Source: Podarcis muralis (Eukaryota). From it: DNA of 64,000 nt. The notes beneath the pieces were generated by a model. The model worked only from the letters and a program-made list of their open reading frames with translations. It was not told where the DNA came from and did not search any database. This document shows positions 1 through 12,156 of this stretch, piece after piece (the stretch's first letter is position 1; each line of letters starts with the position of its first letter). The position numbers were made by a program, and so were the translations under genes. The stretch covers positions 52,576,001-52,640,000 of the forward strand of contig NC_135663.1 of assembly GCF_964188315.1 (NCBI RefSeq), in the 5' to 3' direction.

Positions 1-846
1 CTAATACAGGAGAACCTGTTCACCTCAAATGCGCTCTTTAATCATGTTCTGAATTCATGGTTTACTTTCTGCCATTAGTCTGTTTTGCATCCCAATAATT
101 CTGATTTCATATGTTCTAACATATATTCCCTTACTCGCTCCCTGTTTTAAAATTTTTTTATTGAGACTATTAAAAAATATACAGTGTGCATGAATTAAAG
201 CCCACTAATTAGGAGAGAGGAGAAGCCACAAGAAAGGAGAAGGAAAAGAGAGATAATATGCATCGCAGAAAAAGATTTGGTGAAGAAACAGAGCACAGTG
301 GTGGGGGCATCTGCTTTTAATGCAGAATGTCCAATGGTTCAGTTCTCAACATCTCCATGTAGGGCTAGGAGAGCTAGATGGACCAATGGTCTTATTCTGC
401 AGCTTTCTAGTCTTCCTTTTGTCTTCTCTCTAATGAACAAAAAGATATAGGCCACAACACATACTTGAGCCCATCAAAACTGAGGAACATTCACCACACA
501 CATTCACCCTAAAGGGGGAGGTCCCTAGTTTAATGGAGTTTTTATGTGTGCATTCACCTCCTTTTCTCTTTTTTAGTATATCCAAAATAACCTTTCACAA
601 AGGTTCCTTAGACAACTTGCCTCTTTCATATGCTGTAACAAAGACATGCACCCTAGATTTGTTTTCTGCAGCGTTTTTCTATCTCTTGTATCTTTCTCTT
701 ATATCCTATATGTGGCCCCCATCCAGGCATTGACCAGATCCAATCCTGGTGGTTTTAGGTGCCTGAAAAACCAGACTAAAACCTTTCTAAAAGCAAGCAG
801 ATCAGAGCTGCATGTCTCTGCCCCCCTTTTTGGGCAAAAGGTAGTA

Positions 847-1072
847 CAGTGGTACCTCGGGTTAAGCAATTAATTCGTTCCGGAGGTCCATTCTTAACCT
901 GAAACTGTTCTTCACCTGAAGCACCACTTTAGCTAATGGGGCCTCCTGCTCCCACTGCACCACCGGAGCACAATTTCTGTTCTCATCCTGAAGCAAAGTT
1001 CTTAACCCGAGGTAATATTTCTGGGTTAGCAGAGTCTGTAACCTGAAGCATATGTAACCCGAGGTACCACTG
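847..1072 (+). mobile_element. Tc1/mariner-superfamily (pogo/Tigger-like) MITE, family A, 226-bp variant
   Basis: 18-bp TIRs CAGTGGTACCTCGGGTTA / TAACCCGAGGTACCACTG; TA on both flanks (845-846, 1073-1074); internal repeats of TTAACCTGAAG/TTAACCCGAGG; three more copies in window. Strand is assigned relative to the other copies. Confidence 0.9.
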
Positions 1073-3352
1073 TAGCTGCTTTCTTATACAGATGCAACTA
1101 AGCCTAGTTCCAGGGTGGCAATTAGCAACCCAAAGCTTCTCTATCAGTTTGTGGGATGGGTCAACCATGCTTATAGCTCAATGTACAATCTGTCTGGCAG
1201 GCAATGAGAATTCCTAAATGATGTTTTGCCAACCTTGTTCTAAAAGGCTACTTTTGTGTGTGTGTTTTCATGCTGCTTGTATACACACACCTTGCAGGCC
1301 ATCACAATCTATTAAAATAATTCAAACAAATCCTCATTAGCACTTCATTTTATTGAAGCCCATCTTTTGTTTGTACCGCCACAAAAGCAAAATTACCACT
1401 TGAGTGTAAATCAAAGCTGATATAACAGATTTTATGCCCGACTGTTCAGACAGATTAAGCTGCCAAATGGTTTTAAAAATTTAAGCAACACAACAATTGC
1501 TTTGTTTCTCCCGCTATTGATGGCAGTTGCATTCTGCAAGACTTTCCCCCGGTGTCATTCATTGTGCCTCTGACAAGTTTCTTCCTAATTGTAAAATTAC
1601 AAACACCAGAAATGGGAGAGAACCAAGTGATAACTACAGTTTATAGGCTCAAAGAATGGCCCATTCGCTCGCCCCTCCTTCATAATGATTTGCTAAAATG
1701 TTGGCTGCAATCCTCACCATTTGGCTGACTTTTTAAGTGTTCTCTAGATATAACTTTTCGGATTCGTTACACGGCAACTGCTAATAAATGCCGCAAACTT
1801 CATCAAGTCATCCAAAACATTTATGTACTTTTAGAATGCATTTAAATAGTGTTAGGAAAATGCTCGCAAGTTGCTCAGCACCAGAAAGGTAGCATTTGCT
1901 GCTTTGCATGGGATAATTTGGGACTTACGAAAATCTTGGGTAATGTGTGCTTTATTAATTTGGCATTTTAAAAGCAGCAGCAAATCACAACTGTTTTTAT
2001 CTCTATCTGTATAAGAGACTTGTTCACACATTGCAGTAAACCCAGGAACAAATGGGCTCTGCATAGGTCCAGGTGGTTGTGTGAAAGGGTGTACATTTTT
2101 TGGTATATCCTGCTCAGCCATGTACAAAGGTATATAGATTGTACTCTCATTGAATGTAACATATTACACTCCTAAAGAAACTCAGTTATCTCTAGATCTG
2201 TGTCAGAAGTGTTTGTTCTCATGTTTACCATAAAAGTCAATCTGTGTACATTTCATATTTAGGGAGGATATCTTTAGACAAAAGGTGATTCATGATAATA
2301 TTCCTATGTATTTAAAAGTAGCAAGAGAAGTGGCTTTCCATTGGTGATGTTGGCTCAAAATGGCAATGATCGTTTGCAAGATGTTTCACTCACCTTGAAA
2401 TGGATAGCTTCAATTTATTTTAATTTGGGGTAGAGGGGTGAATAGCAAAATACAAGCTCCTGGCTGCTCATCCTTGCCTCTCTGGACTAGTGCTCATTTC
2501 TTAATGAGATCAAGGAGCAAGATTTGAATTTGGGGGGGGGGGGGATCTACGCAGTGGAGCCCACCATCATGATTTTCAGATTATTCCACCCGTATTCCGT
2601 TTTTCTCACTTTCACTGCAAACCTTCCTCCCATTCCTTAGAAGCTGAAATTTACTGCACAGCCATGCCTCAGTGCCTCCTCCTCTATCTCCCTTCATGGG
2701 AACCCTCCAACACTAAACCAGTTAATTGCTATTTTGTTACATATTCTCAACAACAGCAAAAAGCAATTTCTGGAAAAGTAATGGCAGGGATTGAAGTGGG
2801 CCTCTTAAAATATATTTGTAAAGTCACAGTGTGCAATGCCATTGCATTCAACCATTATTATTATTATTAAACAAGGAAAAATGAACCTGAAATACTTTTA
2901 TGTTTCAGTTTATTTCTTTTTTCATAAGAATGTCTTGAAAAACACTGAAAGATCTTGGGGGAAACCCTCCGATGCTTTATTTCCCCCCCAAAGAAAAAGT
3001 TTTTAAAGGCGTTCCCTATCACAAACACACACAGAGTTCAATAATGCAATCTTATGACACAACTGCCACAAAGTTCAATGGGTTTCTTCCCCAAGGAAAT
3101 GTGTTGAATGATCGGCAAAATAATTATGTGGCAGCATTTCAGCAAACACTTTATTCTCAATTTCTCATATATTTGGTCAAATCACTGGAGAGGAAAGGCA
3201 AACAGATAGCAGAAGCAAGAAGGAGTAGCCAGTTCATTGGGGTGATGGCTCTCAAAGCATATGCAGATTTTCCAGAGATCTGGCTGGGATGTTGCCTAAG
3301 AGTTCAGCCAAACAATTGTTGTGGTAGGACCAGACAGAATCAGAGCTCAGTA

Positions 3353-3578
3353 CAGTGGTACCTCAGGTTAAGGACTTAATTTGTTCTGGAGGTCCGTTCT
3401 TAACCTGAAACTGTTCTTAACCTGAAGCACCACTTTAGCTAATGGGGCCTCCTGCTGCCACTGCGCCGCCGGAGCACGATTTCTGTTCTCATCCTGAAGC
3501 AAAGTTCTTAACCCGAGGTACTATTTCTGTGTTAGCGGAGTCTGTAACCTGAAGCGTCTGTAACCCGAGGTACCACTG
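3353..3578 (+). mobile_element. MITE family A, 226-bp variant
   Basis: Same TIRs (one mismatch), TA TSD at 3351-3352 and 3579-3580, colinear with 847-1072. Confidence 0.9.
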
Positions 3579-4248
3579 TATTGTTGTGCATTTGACAAGG
3601 CCTACACTCTAGCAGGGGGCTGAGAGATAAATCAGATTGCTTTACTTTTAGTTGGCGAATCATGTAAATACATGAGCCATCCTGTCTAGGTTGCTTGTTT
3701 AATCAAAAGGATTCCCAGGTAGGCATTGTGAAAGAGTCCCGGTTCATTAACCATCCAAGAAAGTTAAGTAAAATTTATTCTGTTTTTTTCTCTAGTTGCC
3801 ATTTCCTATTCGGGTGTTTTTTCCTCCACTTGATTGACATCTGTATAGTACTGAGACTTTTTAACTGCAGTACAAATGACAAGGGAATCACCGCAAATAG
3901 ATAACGTCTAGTTTGAATAATATTGCTTTTGTGAGCGACAATGCTAAATTGACATACTTTGGAGTAGTCTTGTTGACAATAGAACTTTTTAAAGCGAGTA
4001 TTTTCCTATATATTTTTAGCTTCATTTACAATACAATACTGAATCAAGGCTCCATACTTATCTTTCCAAATCTGGGTATCTGTAAATAAATAGTTCAACT
4101 ATATGGTGAACAGGGCATGGGTTTCAAGCAGAGACTAAACAATTCCACTGAGAATTACTGACTTATTCTGCTTGTTTTTTTTAAAAAAGTTGCCGTACAT
4201 GTTTGGACACTTTCTTCCAAAATTTCATGAGGGTTTATTTTAAAACCC

Positions 4249-4395
4249 CAGTGCTTTTTTTCTGGGGGGACTCAGGGGGTACACATACCCCTAAACATTT
4301 TGTGAATCCACGTTTAGCGTCATTGAGGGGCAGTATTTCAATCTGAGTAGGAAAATGAGAGTAACCGTAAACATTTTTTAAGAAAAAAAGCATTG
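4249..4395. mobile_element. hAT-type MITE (147 bp)
   Basis: TIR CAGTGCTTTTTTTCT / AGAAAAAAAGCATTG; 8-bp TSD TAAAACCC (4241-4248) / TAAAATCC (4396-4403), 7/8 match. 8-bp TSDs are characteristic of hAT. Confidence 0.8.
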
Positions 4396-4525
4396 TAAAA
4401 TCCTATCTCAAGGAATATATTAAGGAACAGAATAATTTGGTGTTTTAATGGTTAGGGGACAGACATTTGTGAACATTTATTATGAAGTTAACCAATGGAG
4501 AAAAAATTATATAATAAATGTTATA

Positions 4526-4767
4526 CAGTGTTACCTCGGGTTACATACGCTTCAGGTTACATACGCTTCAAGTTACACATTCTGCTAACCCAGAAATAGT
4601 GCTTCAGGTTAAGAACTTTGCTTTAGGATAAGAACAGAAATTGGGCTCCGGCAGCGCAGTGGCAGCAGGAGGCCCCATTAGCTAAAGTGGTGCTTCGGGT
4701 TAAGAACAGTTTCAGGTTAAGAATGGACCTCCGGAACGAATTAAGTACTTAACCCGAGGTACCACTG
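4526..4767 (-). mobile_element. MITE family A, 242-bp variant, inverted
   Basis: Reverse complement of family A with one extra 16-bp subterminal unit (GTTACATACGCTTCAG); TA at 4524-4525; right flank is TG. Confidence 0.9.
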
Positions 4768-4919
4768 TGTGTGCATACAAACAAAGAGGCACATATTGCA
4801 GAGGGCAGAGCTGTTTGCCCTTAGCATGGTCTGAGGGCCATTGAAATAGCTCCCTTGCTGAAACTAAGAGGTTCATAGTTAATCAGTGCCCAGGTGGAAG
4901 ACTGCCTCTAAACTCCTGC

Positions 4920-5240
4920 TGGATTAAGCCAATGGACCATCAAGTTCAGCTTCCTGTTCTCACAGTGGCCACCCAGATGCCCATGGAAAACCCACATGCA
5001 GAACCCAAGAACAAGAGCAGTCTCACTTTCTGTGGCTTCCAGCAACTGGAATTCAGAGGCTTTACTACCTCCAACCATGAAGGCAGAGTACAATTATAAT
5101 GGCTAGTCACCATTGATAGCCTTACCCTCCTTGAATTTATACAATCCTCTTTCAAACCCATCCAAGTTGCTGGTCATCATTGCCTCCTATGCACTGCATT
5201 AATAAGAACTTTATTTCATCTGTCCTGAGGCTCCTTCAGT
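4920..5240 (-). mobile_element. Old CR1 LINE 3' end/3'UTR fragment
   Basis: GGCTAGTCACCATTGATAGCCTTACCCTCCTTGAATTT...CCATCCAAGTTG resembles the reverse complement of squamate CR1 3' ends (recalled); related pieces at ~20930 and ~47860. Boundaries approximate. Confidence 0.6.
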
Positions 5241-6199
5241 TTCACGGTGAAAGAAAAGTGGGGCATATACGTACCATATGATTAAAAATAAATATAATGG
5301 TAAGTACTCAAATAATAATAAAGCTCTGGAGAAAATGATCTGCTATTTAAATAGCTCAATAATACTTTCATTTGCGTCTGTAGTGCATACGCTTGAAGTC
5401 TTCGTTGCTGTAAGTCAGTTTGAGTAGGCTTTGCCTGGGAAAGTGTATATACTGATTTTTAAAAAGTCATTTTTCCACTCACTGTGAAGTTAGAACTATA
5501 AGACGTATAACTGTCTTTCACCCTCCCCTGTAAACTGATCTTTTAAAGACCTGTGCTACTGAAAAACATTTTGTTTATTGCTGCAGCTCGCTCGCTTCTT
5601 TTGCCATTATTTCCCAACCTATTCTCACATTATAGGAATGCCAAGAGATAAATAAAAGCTCAAACTGCTCTATAGAAATATAAATTCAATGAAGAAATGG
5701 CCTCAGAGACAGCAGTGAATTATTCAGACCCATTCCTCTTGTATTTTCTGTGGCTGATTAATTCCACCGGGTACTACTGCTTGAGTCTTCATCAATGGGC
5801 CACAGTTGTGCATATATGCAAGTATGCTTCTTATATCTTTCCAATTGCGTTTGCTATTTTAATTTTAGATTTGCATTGATTTTTGAATGAAACACAGAAC
5901 ATAAAGACATAACAGGTGCCATATTGCTGTAGAAATAACCATTACAGCTAAGTATACTGAAAGGGAAAGAAAAATACAAAACTGAAATTGAGCTTACAAA
6001 GCAGCCACAACAAATATCTATCATAAAAAAGATATTTGTGCCAGAAAAAGAAGAAATAAAAGTTCTGAACTCTTGGAAGTCAACCTATATTTTGAATAAT
6101 TCAGTGATTTCAAGGAACTGAAAACCCAAAAAAGAACATCTGCATACACTGATTCAAAGTAAAAAGATGTTCATGTCTGGAGGAAGACTGCAGCCTCCA

Positions 6200-6391
6200 G
6201 GTCCGCTCCCCAAGCCACGCCCCCCAGGCCACCACAGATTGGCTAGTTTGAATTGAGGGCCTGGCGACAACAACCCATGAAGCACCACAGTGGCCAGGGA
6301 GGCAGCAATGGCCTGAACAAAGATGGCGGTGGGGTGTTCTGGAGGCGCCACATTGGGCTCCAACTGCTGCTTACCCAGAAGACGGGTAAGT
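6200..6391 (+). promoter_or_regulatory. Candidate promoter-like motif cluster followed by a consensus 5' splice donor
   Basis: GCCACGCCCC (SP/KLF, 6214-6223), ATTGG (inverted CCAAT, 6238-6242), AAGATGGCGG (YY1-like, 6320-6329), CGG|GTAAGT donor (6386-6391). Locally GC-rich but not a true CpG island. Confidence 0.3.
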
Positions 6392-7534
6392 GGCCATTGC
6401 AGATATTTGAGGCAAAACAAGTTACATCGTTTTGATAAAAAGGGGGAAATGTAGTTATTTGGGGGAAGGAGTACAGGGGAAGAGGGGGCATCAATATTAT
6501 CAAGATTTCCCCTAGAGAGATCATTAAACAGTCTTTGCAAATGTGCAAAATAATTTATACTCTACAAGCAAGATCTTGCAAGAATTCTTCACCCCTGGAA
6601 ATTTCCCGAGAAGCCAAAAATTAATTATGACACTTAAAAATGGAGGGGATTAAGGCCACTCTACTTTTCCCCATGTCTGAATTAAAAGAAGCCATGTGAC
6701 TGAGAATAAATAAAAATGATGTTCTGATTAAAAATCAGTGCACTTGGTATAACACCAATTCCCCTGGTGCAGCAAAATATCCTAAAACAGTATTTCAAAT
6801 ACTGTTAATAGTGGAAGGCCAGAGCCTTCCAACTTTGTACTTCACTGAAAGAAAACAAATAACTTAATTCTGAAAGTCAAACTAGCAAGACCACTTGGCA
6901 TCAATACTCATTGGATTTAAAACATGGCCCTCCTTTTTTATTGCATATCCATGACAATATCTACTTGTTATGCTATGGCCACACATGAGCCTGCTCTTAA
7001 TAGTGGTTGTGTCTGCAAAAGTTTTGGGGCAGTCACACTGCTTCCTTTCTAACCACTTCATATCCCATAATTTCCTGCTGAAATCCCATAACTTTGTATA
7101 CCACAAATGTTCTGGTTGATTTTATCCTGCTTTTGTTGTTCTATTACCCCTCTGGACAGCAATAATGTGGTAGCATCAGAAACGCAGAAAAAAATCCACT
7201 ACGGATGCATTATGGTGTTAAGAACATGCTACAGAATACATACACAATAAAACACCAGGCCAGAGGAGCCGTTACTTGCTCAATCCATATTTTATGTTTA
7301 GGTGTGGGAAGAAGATCCATTGATGGGCACTCAATGCAGAGCACAAATTGGGAAGTGGAGAGTTGTGGTTCATATTGTTGTAAGATTTGGGGTTTGGGAC
7401 TGGAAATAGTTAAATAAAGAGAAAAGGACCTTCAGTGACCTCTGTCTGAAGGCAACAAAATGCAGGTAACAGCACAATCGTAACCATTTCTGCTGAGAAG
7501 TCCTATTGAATTTACTGAGATTTACTGTTGAGTA

Positions 7535-7886
7535 AGCAGGTGGCACTGTGGTCTAAACCACAGAGCCTAGGGCTTGCTGACCAGAAGGTCGGCGATTCGA
7601 ATCCGCATGATGGGGTGGACTGTTGTTTGGTCCCAGCTCCTGCCCACCTAGCAGTTCGGAAGCACGTCAAAGTACAAGTAGATAAATAAGTACCACTCCG
7701 GCAGGAAGGTAAACAACATTTCCGTGCTCTGCTCTGGTTCGCCAGAAGTGGCTTAGTCATGCTGGCCACATGACCCGGCAGCTGTCTGCGGACAAACGCT
7801 GGCTTTCTTGGCCTATAGAGCGAGATGAGTGCGCAACCCCAGAGTCGTCCGTGACTGGTCCTAACGGTCAGGGGTACGTTTACCTC
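7535..7886 (+). mobile_element. Sauria SINE
   Basis: tRNA-like head GGTGGCACTGTGG...GATTCGAATCC, core GTACAAGTAGATAAATAAGTACC, tail GGGGTACGTTTACC; matches four other copies in window. Confidence 0.9.
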
Positions 7887-8002
7887 ACCGTATCTATGTG
7901 GTATTAAGGTTGCTGCCTGAGTGCAATCCTCTGTGCCTGTAGAAGTGAGGGGAGTGTAATGATCAAATCAGCATCATCCTCTTGTTTGTCATTTTCATAG
8001 TA

Positions 8003-8340
8003 CAGTGGTGCCTTGCAAGACGAAATTAATTCGTTCCGCGAGTTTTGTAGTCTTGCGATTTTTTTCGTCTTGCGAAGCACGGTGTCGGAAAAGTTTTGGA
8101 AAAGCTTCAAAAATACCAAAGTCTTCAAAAACCTCAAAAAAGGCTACCACACCACGTGCTATGAGTTGCTCCTCGAAGTCAAGTCGCAACTGTATTAACG
8201 GTGTTAAGAAAAAGGAAACAAACTTGCAAGATGATTCCGTCTTGCGAAGCAAGCCCATAGGGAAAATCGTCTTGCGAAGCAGCTCAAAAAACAAAAAACC
8301 CTTTCGTCTTGTGGGTTTTCCGTCTTGCGAGGTACCACTG
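8003..8340. mobile_element. pogo/Tigger-like MITE, family B (338 bp)
   Basis: 20-bp TIR CAGTGGTGCCTTGCAAGACG / CGTCTTGCGAGGTACCACTG; TA TSD (8001-8002, 8341-8342); GTCTTGCG motif repeated internally; shares CAGTGGT(A/G)CCT ends and TTAATTCGTTCC with family A. Confidence 0.9.
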
Positions 8341-9900
8341 TATGAGCTGCTCAAATGAGCTAGCAAATGTTTTATAATGTTATTCTGAGACATGTCACCG
8401 GTATGAACCTGAAAACTCCCAATAAATATAAACTTGGAGATTCCCAATCAGACATTTTCTGAGAAGTGGAAATGAAAAATCCCAATAGCAAGGTAGACCC
8501 CGTGATCATCGCTCATATTTTAATACACTCCATAAACCGCAAAGCAGAGAAAATGTTCTTGCATGGGAGAAAAATGCATTGTGGGAACATTACTCTGTCT
8601 GGGAACTCTAATTGAAAAACAGTGTAGCTTGCAAATTCTAAAATGCTTTGTTTTCGTTATTATCTCCATACACTCCCTTTGCAATTAGGGCATGAGTAAA
8701 TCAAAACCACTCTTTTGCTCTTTCTAATATTTTGAAAGCTGTTGAATAAATCATAGAGTAATTTCCTACTGAGCAACTTCCACTCTTCCAGGCTGTGGGC
8801 GCGAATGGGGAGGTGTAAATGGAAGCTACATTGTTGGTGAGTCTCATTATCTAATGAGAGATCTTTTATAGGGAGCCCATTTGTATTCACTTTGGATTTA
8901 TAAGATTACTTCCATCCACTGACAGCTTTTGGACTCCATACTTTCTAACTATAAACAGGGTACAGATGTGAGGAGAGATTGCCAAGAGAGAGAGAGGGAG
9001 GGGGAACCAGCCCAAAAATTCAAAAGCTCTAAAAACAGTAGAAGCTGGTCTTGTCTAGTTTGATCGGGATGAAGTTGACAGTAGAACAGTAGGAAAAATC
9101 CATATTTCTGTGACAAGCAGTATATTCATTTCAAAACTAATGCTATATATGATACTTATTTATTTATTTAGCAGGAGGTGGGGGAGAGTCTTGAGTACAG
9201 CTATACACGGGAAGTTTTGATTGCATATTTTGCGGCCTGGGGAAAGACAGTGTAATGTGAGACTGAGCAAATGTTAATGTTAAATTAGGGAAACAGATGC
9301 AACCAGGACACTAGACAACACTCAAGGAGGGAATGAATCCCCCTTCGCTATGTAAGGATTGAAGTACTTCGCCCATCACAGCTCTTATGGTCACATAATC
9401 TGTGTTCCTTTCGTTGCTGGCTGTGGTTCACCCCTCTTCACTGTTCTGTGGGTTGTGTGATTTGCATTATCCAGTGTCCTTGGTCCAGTGATGAGGCCCA
9501 GGAGGTAGAGGCTGTTTTGGAATGCAATAATTTGCATTGGAGTTGCCACAGTTTGCATGGTGACAGCATGGGTTAGGAAGGAACATAATGTTGGCAGGAC
9601 ACTTTGAGTGCCTCTTGGTTTGGATGAGTCCTATTTGGAGACAGCTTAGCCTTCAGATACCCACAGCTAAATGATTAGGGGCTTCAGGGACTGGAAAACC
9701 CTCACACAGAATTCAGAGATGCTCCCTTTTTCATGGGGTGAGGCAAGAAGGAGAAGAAAGCATACTTTCTGATTCCATTTCTGGAAATGAACTAGGGTAG
9801 ATCATCCCTATATATCTTCAGATGCCACACTCTGACTTAGGTGTAGTATAGCACCAGCTAATATTGTAAATAAGCTATGCACAAAACAGATCCAAAGCAT

Positions 9901-10089
9901 TATTATTACTATTAATTGCATTTATGTCCCAGCTTTCTCATTTAATCCCCACAACAACTTTGTGTGGTAGGTTAGGCTGAGAGACAGTTAGAGGTCCAGG
10001 GTCAGCAAGTGAGCTTCATGTCTGAGCGAGGATTAAAACTCTGGTCTCCCAGGTCACAGTCCAACGCTATAAACTATGCCACGCTGGCT
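9901..10089 (-). mobile_element. Old MIR/Ther1-like SINE
   Basis: TTTAATCCCCACAACAAC...GGTAGGTTAGGCTGAGAG...CTGGTCTCCCAGGTC...ACTATGCCACGCTGGCT resembles a reverse-complement MIR-type core and tRNA head. Confidence 0.65.
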
Positions 10090-10473
10090 GAAATAATGTA
10101 CTCTGCATTCGATTGCAATTACATTAGATTAGATTACTCTATATTAGACTGTCAGATTGTTCAGAGGTCACACTGAAGGCAAACAAGCTGTCTCCGTACA
10201 AAAGTTCACGTGAAAGATTGTACAGCTCGAATGTTTGTGTTTACAAACTTTACACTTGTTGAATGCAATGTACAGCTACCCCTTGTGTTAGTGCCTGACC
10301 TGTCCAGTGATACCAGAAAACTCTTGGCACTACTTGTGGCACCCAGGTGGGTCCCTGAATAGCTACCGATGGTTAATGATATTTGGATTACAGTGAATAG
10401 GCCATTTACAGATCTTTTAATAAAGTTGTGAGCTACTTAATTCCAACCTTGATTTCCTGTCTTCATTCAAAGG

Positions 10474-10716
10474 CAGATGGTACCTTGGGTTACATATGCT
10501 TCATGTTACATACGCTTCAGGTTACAGACTCCACTAACCCAGAAATAGTACCTCGGGTTAAGAATTTTGCTTCAGGATGAGAACAGAAATCATGCTCCGG
10601 CGGCATGGCGGTAGCAGGAAGCCGCATTAGCTAAAGTGGTGCTTCAGGTTAAGAACAGTTTCAGGTTAAGAATAGACCTCCGGAATGAATTAAGTACTTA
10701 ACCCGAGGTACCACTG
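10474..10716 (-). mobile_element. MITE family A, 242-bp variant, inverted
   Basis: Colinear with 4526-4767 including the extra 16-bp unit; right TIR intact with TA at 10717-10718; left TIR degenerate (CAGATGGTACCTTGGGTTAC). Confidence 0.9.
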
Positions 10717-11780
10717 TAGTCTCATTTGTCACTCATTGTACACATAGGTAAGGTAGGGTCTATGGCCTGGATTTAGCCTGTTATGAGTTTTTCCCTGGCT
10801 CCAAATCATAGTTATATGATCGCTCAGCTATAGGCTGGTTCTTGAGGGGGAATAACATTTTCTTGAGAAAAAGGCTTGCAGGACTGACATTTTCTGCTCC
10901 TGTGAGCGAGGAAAGACCTTCTGAGCAAAATGTTCTTCTCAGTATCCTATCCTATCTTCCAACATTTCTCCAATGAAAGAAAGGGACATCCTAGAAAGGA
11001 AGAAAGGAGGAAAATAATCTAGAACAGGCAGCAGGCCTTGGACTGGGTGATATTGGGCATATATCCAGTCTGATGCACAACACTGATTCCTGTCCCAGTT
11101 GAGCTACCTGATCTGGCATTGGTTTTGACTAACAAATTAACACAGATGCTGTAGCAACTGTTTGTTCTATCTCCATGCCAGCAGTTTCAAAACTTCTGGT
11201 GCAGGCTTCCATTAAAGCAGAACAAAGATGTGCAACAGAGGAAAGGCTACCAGTGATGAAACAGAAATCTTGCTCTCATAATTATCTTGGCTTTTCACAA
11301 TATAACATGGCAGTTAGATGGAGATTCAATTACCTGCAGCCCTCTTGTGGATACTTTGTATCTCCAGAACGCTCAGAAGAAAGGTTGCACACAATTAACC
11401 CATTACATTCAAAAGTGTGAGATCATTTACACATTCCTTTTTCTTTTAATTGCTCCAGAAATAATAATAAATATGATTTCTTCACAGATGTCTAGGCAGG
11501 GAGATCTGTGAAGAAATCTCTCCCCCAACCAGTAAGCACTGGTTGAGCACCGAGAGAACAGACCAAGTAGATTCAGCAGGGATATTCTTAAAATGGACTA
11601 GATGAATCTCTGACCTGATCGTGCACAGCTAGCTCCTTCTATCCAGAAATATCCAAGGGTAAGGCTATGATGGGGTGTACACAAAATGAAGATAGAGGCC
11701 TCTAACCTTAAGAATGCAAACGACAGTTGATTTGGAGCCAATGCTTATTGGGGAAGGTGTTTTATTCTTGACAGGGCAAT

Positions 11781-12156
11781 CAAATTTAAGAAGAATGTTG
11801 ACAAGCTGGAACGTGTGCAGAGGAGGGCAACCAATATGATCAAGATATCAAATATCACAAGGGCTGTCACATAGAAGATGGAGCAAGCTTGTTTTCTCCT
11901 GCTCTGGAGGGTAGGACTCGGATCAACAGTTCCAAGTTACAAGAAATGAGATTCTGACTAAACACCAGGAAGAGCTTTTTGACAGTAAGGGATGTTTGGC
12001 ATTGGAGTGTTCTTGCTCATGAGTTGTGGACTCCCCTTCATCAGGGGGTTTTAAGCAGAGTTTGGATGGCCACCTGTCATTGATGTTTTAGCTGAGATTC
12101 CTGCATTGCAGGGGGTTGGACTAGATGGTGCTTGTGGTCCCTTCCAACTCTATGAT
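11781..12156 (+). mobile_element. CR1 LINE 3' fragment
   Basis: Start translates as QFKKNVDKLERVQRRATNMI (CR1 ORF2 C-terminal motif); ends in the CR1 tail GGGTTGGACTAGATG...GGTCCCTTCCAACTCTATGA. Confidence 0.85.

Noticed and set aside
7995-8447. ORFs of 117 and 150 aa
   Set aside because: They lie over MITE family B, have no transposase motifs and reflect low-complexity repeat sequence.
10140-10470. Possible LTR remnant (AATAAAGTTGTGAG...) truncated by a MITE
   Set aside because: No termini or TSD could be defined.
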